A stretch of DNA of 60,466 bases, counting the filler. It is 6 parts of 6 records of this genome, joined end to end, with 100 filler letters (N's around TTAATTAATTAA, not from the genome) between each part and the next. Parts side by side here need not be neighbours in the genome. Positions count along the whole stretch, not along the records: positions 41,531 to 60,466 come from SRR31156797_11892; 5 more parts are not named here. One strand, 5' to 3'. Shown piece after piece: positions 56,056 to 60,466 of the stretch (its first letter is position 1; the number at the start of each line of letters is the position of its first letter). Below the pieces are notes generated by a model. It saw only the letters and a program-made list of their open reading frames with translations, made no database searches and was not told the DNA's origin. The position numbers and the translations under genes are program-made.

Positions 56056-58198
56056 AAAAAAAAGGTTTGGCCTGGTTTTTTGTATTGCCCTGCTTTTTAT
56101 TTTTAGTTTGTTTTTGTTTTGGAGATGGAATGGAAAGTTCTGGACCCGGTATGATGCCATAGCCCTTGACTATGTTTACCGGTTGGCCGTTAGCAAAGGC
56201 AAAGGTCCGGCGTCTTCATTTATGCCTCGGGTCACGTACCTGATTATCGACGATGATACATACCGGTATTTTGGTAAAAATGCCTTGTCCCGCATTGATT
56301 TAGCCCGGATCAACAATGCACTGGTACGTCTCAGTCCCCTGGCGGTTGCGTATGACATTATTTTTGCCATGCAAGGTCCCGTGGATTCGGACCTGCAGTT
56401 TGCCAAATCCATTGCCGACCTTGGGTGCGTTTTTTTGCCAGTGGGGTGTGCGCTTTCCAACACGCCGGTGTCACCTGGAACGCTTCCGGAACTCAGTCAG
56501 TTGGCTGCACCTGAAATATACGGACAGGGCAAGCCTTTTCATGCTACCCGGATTCTTACGCAGCAGGGCAGATTCAGGCTGGCTGCAAAAGGGATTGGAG
56601 ATATCAGTGTCCAGGCAGATTCTGATGGGGTATATCGGCATATACCCTTGCTGATCAAGGTGGGCGATGATTATTTGCCGACCTTAAGTTTGTCTATGTT
56701 TTTGGATCACGCCGGCATTTCCTGGGATCAGATCCAGGTCCGTTGGGGAAAGCATATTTCCTTGCCCGGTCCCAAGGAAACAATCCGTATTCCCATTGAC
56801 CACAGAGGCAGGGTGTTCATCCCTTTTGTGGCTCCTATGGGAAAGGATTTCCCCGTTGTTGGGGTCCATACTTTTCTTGACGCCTCACAAAATGACGACC
56901 TCAGGGGGAATCTTGAAGAATTATTTGAAGGTAATTTTATCATAATTGCGGATGCGGCAACCGGTGCAGCAGACATAGGGACGACTCCCCTGGAAAGGGC
57001 CGTTCCACTGGTTAATATCCATGGTGCCCTGCTCAATGGGCTGTTGACCAATTCATTTTATCACAAGTGGCCTTCCCCAAAAGTCATTACCTGTCTTTCT
57101 TTGATGTTGATCCTGTTTACGGTCAGCACGGCGCTTGGAGCCCGATTAGTATTATACGGTTCTGGAATTCTTATCTTTGTGACCCTTCCCTTTTTAACCT
57201 GGTATGAATTTATTCATTTCAGACTGTTCCCTGTTACCACGGTGATGCTGTCAGGCGCATTGCTGTTTGCCTTATTGGTTGTTGCGTTGGAATACATCTC
57301 CTCAATCGACAGAACTGCCATCCGGGATATATTTTCCAGATATGTTCCCAAATCAGTGGTCAAAGAGTTGCTGGCAAATCAGAAAAAGCTTGAGTTGGGT
57401 GGAGAAGAAACAACAGCCACGGTTTTATTTTCCGATATTGTTGGTTTTACCACTATTGCCGAATACCTGAAGCCAGGAGAACTGGTTTCTTTACTCAACC
57501 ACTATCTTACCGAGATGGCTGATATTATACTAGAACAAGAAGGGATCATTGATAAGTTTCAAGGCGATGCCATCATGGCGGAATTTGGTATACCGCTTCC
57601 GTCCCAAGACCATGCGGACAGAGCCGTAACAGCAGCTATCGCCATGCAGGATCGTCTTGTCGAACTTAGAAAAGAGTGGAAAAAAGAGGGGAAGCCTCAG
57701 CTTTATTGCCGTATCGGGATTAACACCGGAAAAATGGTTGTGGGGAACATGGGGTCCAGGCAGTGTCAAGACTACACGGTGATGGGAGATGCTGTAAATC
57801 TGGCGTCAAGGCTGGAGGGAGCAAATAAATTATATGGCACCGATATCATGATTTCCGAATTTACGCTCAATGCATTAAAACAAAGGCGGTATACTTATAG
57901 ATTGCTGGATGTTATTAAAGTTAAGGGAAAAGCCGAAGCAGTAACCGTCTATGAGGTGTATGGATTCAGTGGGGATTTTATAGGGGAAAACGAAGAAAAA
58001 TATTACAGTTGCTATGAACAGGCTTTTGATGCGTATCTCAGCCGAGATTTTAAAACGTCAGAATTAAATTTTCAGAACGCTCTAACTTATCGCCCCAATG
58101 ATCCTGCCGCCAGTGAAATGATTCTCAGAGTTAAAAGCCTATTTTTAAAAAAGCTTCCACCTATTTGGGACGGGTCTGTATCTCTGAAATCTAAATAA
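56036..58198 (+). CDS. CHASE2-domain class III adenylate cyclase with C-terminal TPR-like tail
   Basis: TM; CHASE2 (IIDD.T, YDIIF, DSDGVYR, TPL...IHG); three TMs; VLFSDIVGFT, DKFQGDA, DYTVMGDAVNLASRLE (Lys/Thr pattern indicates ATP), VKGK. Confidence 0.92.
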   Translation: MSSKFNRKKRFGLVFCIALLFIFSLFLFWRWNGKFWTRYDAIALDYVYRLAVSKGKGPASSFMPRVTYLIIDDDTYRYFGKNALSRIDLARINNALVRLSPLAVAYDIIFAMQGPVDSDLQFAKSIADLGCVFLPVGCALSNTPVSPGTLPELSQLAAPEIYGQGKPFHATRILTQQGRFRLAAKGIGDISVQADSDGVYRHIPLLIKVGDDYLPTLSLSMFLDHAGISWDQIQVRWGKHISLPGPKETIRIPIDHRGRVFIPFVAPMGKDFPVVGVHTFLDASQNDDLRGNLEELFEGNFIIIADAATGAADIGTTPLERAVPLVNIHGALLNGLLTNSFYHKWPSPKVITCLSLMLILFTVSTALGARLVLYGSGILIFVTLPFLTWYEFIHFRLFPVTTVMLSGALLFALLVVALEYISSIDRTAIRDIFSRYVPKSVVKELLANQKKLELGGEETTATVLFSDIVGFTTIAEYLKPGELVSLLNHYLTEMADIILEQEGIIDKFQGDAIMAEFGIPLPSQDHADRAVTAAIAMQDRLVELRKEWKKEGKPQLYCRIGINTGKMVVGNMGSRQCQDYTVMGDAVNLASRLEGANKLYGTDIMISEFTLNALKQRRYTYRLLDVIKVKGKAEAVTVYEVYGFSGDFIGENEEKYYSCYEQAFDAYLSRDFKTSELNFQNALTYRPNDPAASEMILRVKSLFLKKLPPIWDGSVSLKSK

Positions 58199-58225
58199 CG
58201 GCTATGGCCGTTCGTTATTTTTTTG
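58193..58225 (+). terminator. Possible terminator or stem-loop between cyclase and HD-GYP genes
   Basis: AACGGC-TATG-GCCGTT (alternatively AAATAACG/CGTTATTT) followed by a T run. Confidence 0.45.
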
Positions 58226-58250
58226 TTTTTTAAAATTTATAAGGTGTTTC

Positions 58251-59945
58251 ATGGATAAAAAAATTTCACATAAATTTTTTGGTAATAAACGGTTGGACAG
58301 GCTTGTCAACACCATTGCGACAGAGGTCAACGACTATGCCCATGAACAGATAAAACATATTAAGAAATTGTCTGAAATCGGGATGGCACTCTCCGTCGAA
58401 AAGGACATGAAAAAACTGTTTAAAATGATTCTTACCGAGGCTCGTATGTTTTGCAGGGCTGAGGCGGGGACTTTGTATCTTCTTGATAAAAAGAAACAAA
58501 GTCTTCGATTCGAAATTTTTCAAAACGAGAAAATAAAAAGTAGTACGTCAGTGCCTTTAGAGCCACCCATTCAACTGCCGGATGTACCATTATATATCAA
58601 CGATCAACCCAATCATTCCAATGTGTCCTCCCATGCGGTTTTGAATAAAACAGTCGTTAACTTGCCGGATATTTATAATATGAAAGATACGGGCAAAACG
58701 CGGGAGTTGGATTTTAAAGGGACAATGAAATATGACCGTGCCACAGGATTTCGGACCCGTTCAATGCTTGTGATCCCCATGAAAAATCACGAGAATCAGA
58801 TTATCGGCGTTCTCCAGTTGATTAATGCCAGGGACGATGAAACCGATAAGATTATACCATTTTCAGAAGGAATGCTTGAAATCGTTTCTTCACTTGCCTC
58901 CCAGGCTGCTGTGGCTTTGACAAATGCACAATTGATCAGCGAACTCAAGGCTCTTTTTTATGCCGTTATCAAAAGTATTGCAACGGCCATTGATAAGAAG
59001 TCCGCATATACGGGAGGGCATATCAGGCGGGTGGTTGAATTGACTATGATGATGGCCGAAGATATCAATGCTTCCCAAACAGGTGCTTTTAAGGATGTTT
59101 GTTTAACCGAGGCACAGATGGAGGAGCTTCATATCGCGGCCTGGATGCATGATGTCGGCAAAATCACTATTCCAGAGTTTGTCGTGGATAAATCCGCAAA
59201 GCTGGAGACGGTTTTCGATCGTATTGACCTGATTAAAACCCGGTTTGAATTAATAAAGGAAAAACTTAAAAACAGTTGTGCCGATAAAATATTAAACCGT
59301 GCTGCATTGGGAAAGCAAGCCCCCGATGAATTTGACTGGCTTGAAAGGGAACGGGATGAAAAAATAATGCAGATTCAGGGTGATTTTGAATTTATCGAAT
59401 CCTGTAACAATACTGGGGATTATATGTCCGATGAAAAAGTTGAGCGGATAAAGAAGATAGGAAAAAAGAGATATGTCGTCAATGGGAAAGAATACCCGTT
59501 TCTTACTGAGAATGAAATCCGGAACCTGTGCATCAGAAGGGGTACTTTGACTGACGATGAGAGAGCGCAGATTGAAAATCATGCAAAAATGACCTTTGAT
59601 ATTATCAGTCAGTTGCCTTTTCCCAAACATCTTTCCCACGTACCTGAATATGCGGCATCTCACCATGAAAAACTTGACGGCAGCGGTTATCCGTGGGGAC
59701 TCGACAGTGACAGTATTCCCATTCAATCGCGCATCATAGCTATTGCCGATATCTTTGAGGCCCTGACAGCCAGGGACCGGCCCTATAAAACGCCTATGGG
59801 GCTGTCTCAAAGTATGAAAATTTTAGAGTTCATGAAACAAGACAACCATATTGATTCAGCCATACTGGATCTTTTTATCAAAAATAGGCGATTTTTAGAA
59901 TACGCTGAAAAAGAGATGAATCCCGATCAAATTGATATGGAGTGA
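58251..59945 (+). CDS. GAF + HD-GYP cyclic dinucleotide phosphodiesterase
   Basis: GAF (AGTLYL, TRSMLVIPM..IIGVLQLIN); YTGGH, HDVGKI, HHEKLDGSGYP, ADIFEALTA.DRPYK. Confidence 0.92.
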   Translation: MDKKISHKFFGNKRLDRLVNTIATEVNDYAHEQIKHIKKLSEIGMALSVEKDMKKLFKMILTEARMFCRAEAGTLYLLDKKKQSLRFEIFQNEKIKSSTSVPLEPPIQLPDVPLYINDQPNHSNVSSHAVLNKTVVNLPDIYNMKDTGKTRELDFKGTMKYDRATGFRTRSMLVIPMKNHENQIIGVLQLINARDDETDKIIPFSEGMLEIVSSLASQAAVALTNAQLISELKALFYAVIKSIATAIDKKSAYTGGHIRRVVELTMMMAEDINASQTGAFKDVCLTEAQMEELHIAAWMHDVGKITIPEFVVDKSAKLETVFDRIDLIKTRFELIKEKLKNSCADKILNRAALGKQAPDEFDWLERERDEKIMQIQGDFEFIESCNNTGDYMSDEKVERIKKIGKKRYVVNGKEYPFLTENEIRNLCIRRGTLTDDERAQIENHAKMTFDIISQLPFPKHLSHVPEYAASHHEKLDGSGYPWGLDSDSIPIQSRIIAIADIFEALTARDRPYKTPMGLSQSMKILEFMKQDNHIDSAILDLFIKNRRFLEYAEKEMNPDQIDME

Positions 59946-60180
59946 CTAAAACATTCCCTTGGGTGGCAGGAGCTGCTCTTTGTTTAGCGCAACCATTTAA
60001 TGTCAGCGCCAATTAAGGGATTCGGCGAAAATAAGTCCCATGCGATTGTCTTAAAGCTCCGCATTGATTTTTATCCATATTCTTATTAGACTGTGGAATA
60101 TTTGATATTCAATACGATGCGGGCTGCGTTTGTTTTTCAAAGCTAAAATTTATCAGATTATTTCCAAAGAGGACAGTGAC

Positions 60181-60466
60181 ATGACTATTCAGCGAAATAT
60201 CGGCGTTATTCGTATATTGCTTATGGCTTACTCCATTTTTCTGGCAGTATCTGCCCAAGCCCAAGCCCGGACATCTGTTTACGTTCCAGATGCCCTTGCC
60301 CCCTGGAAAGAATGGGTGCTGCACGGAAAGGAAAAGCAGTTGTCATGCATTCCCATGTACAACAATGCCGAACAGGTCCTTTGCGCCTGGCCGGGACAGT
60401 TAAATCTGAATCTGACAGACAGCGGGGGAACTTTTGAACAGTCATGGCAGGTGTATGTCCAGACCC
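60181..60466 (+). CDS. 5' fragment of a probable large exported or membrane hypothetical protein
   Basis: ATG after GAGGA; signal peptide ending AQA, then VPDALAPWKEWVLHG..C......CAWPGQL; open to the window end and absent from the ORF track. Confidence 0.7.
   Translation, partial: MTIQRNIGVIRILLMAYSIFLAVSAQAQARTSVYVPDALAPWKEWVLHGKEKQLSCIPMYNNAEQVLCAWPGQLNLNLTDSGGTFEQSWQVYVQT

Noticed and set aside
14691-59945. Linking the Cache-Schlafen gene to the caspase cluster as one defence island
   Set aside because: They are on different contigs, separated by Bacteroidota-like contigs, so adjacency across spacers is meaningless.
1-60466. CRISPR arrays, rRNA, transposases, integrases or phage genes
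   Set aside because: I saw no regularly spaced direct repeats or recognisable motifs by eye.

Overview
This window is not one locus. It is six contigs joined by artificial 100-nt spacers (N44-TTAATTAATTAA-N44) at 12542-12641, 17763-17862, 25279-25378, 32845-32944 and 41431-41530. Contig A (1-12541) looks Desulfobacterota-like and carries ovoA, a LigB/DODA dioxygenase, cobalamin riboswitch-bluB, pta and small accessory genes. Contig B (12642-17762) carries an acyltransferase-3, a membrane Cache-like sensor fused to a Schlafen/AlbA_2 domain, pldA and a tRNA 3' end. Contigs C and D (17863-32844) are Bacteroidota-like housekeeping DNA: guaA, a LysM protein, peptidases, lpxK, sppA, folK, upp, radC, rpsT and tRNA-Glu. 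Contig E (32945-41430) has a fused CoA-transferase with a TctABC transporter, plus a flavoprotein/MFS/MBL cluster. Contig F (41531-60466) is the strongest candidate for an undescribed system, a 13-gene co-directional cluster. Eleven genes encode exported proteins: three caspase-like C14 peptidases, a subtilase with a free-standing copy of its own prodomain, DUF4384 proteins (six domains across five genes), DUF3160, TPR-OmpA and an SH3b lipoprotein. The cluster ends in a CHASE2 adenylate cyclase and a GAF-HD-GYP phosphodiesterase. A short x-[KR]-[AGSD]-hydrophobic motif recurs in linkers of most exported proteins and fits the basic P1 specificity predicted for the C14 peptidases, suggesting an envelope proteolytic cascade coupled to cyclic-nucleotide output. 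All family and taxonomic assignments come from recognising motifs by eye; no searches were run.
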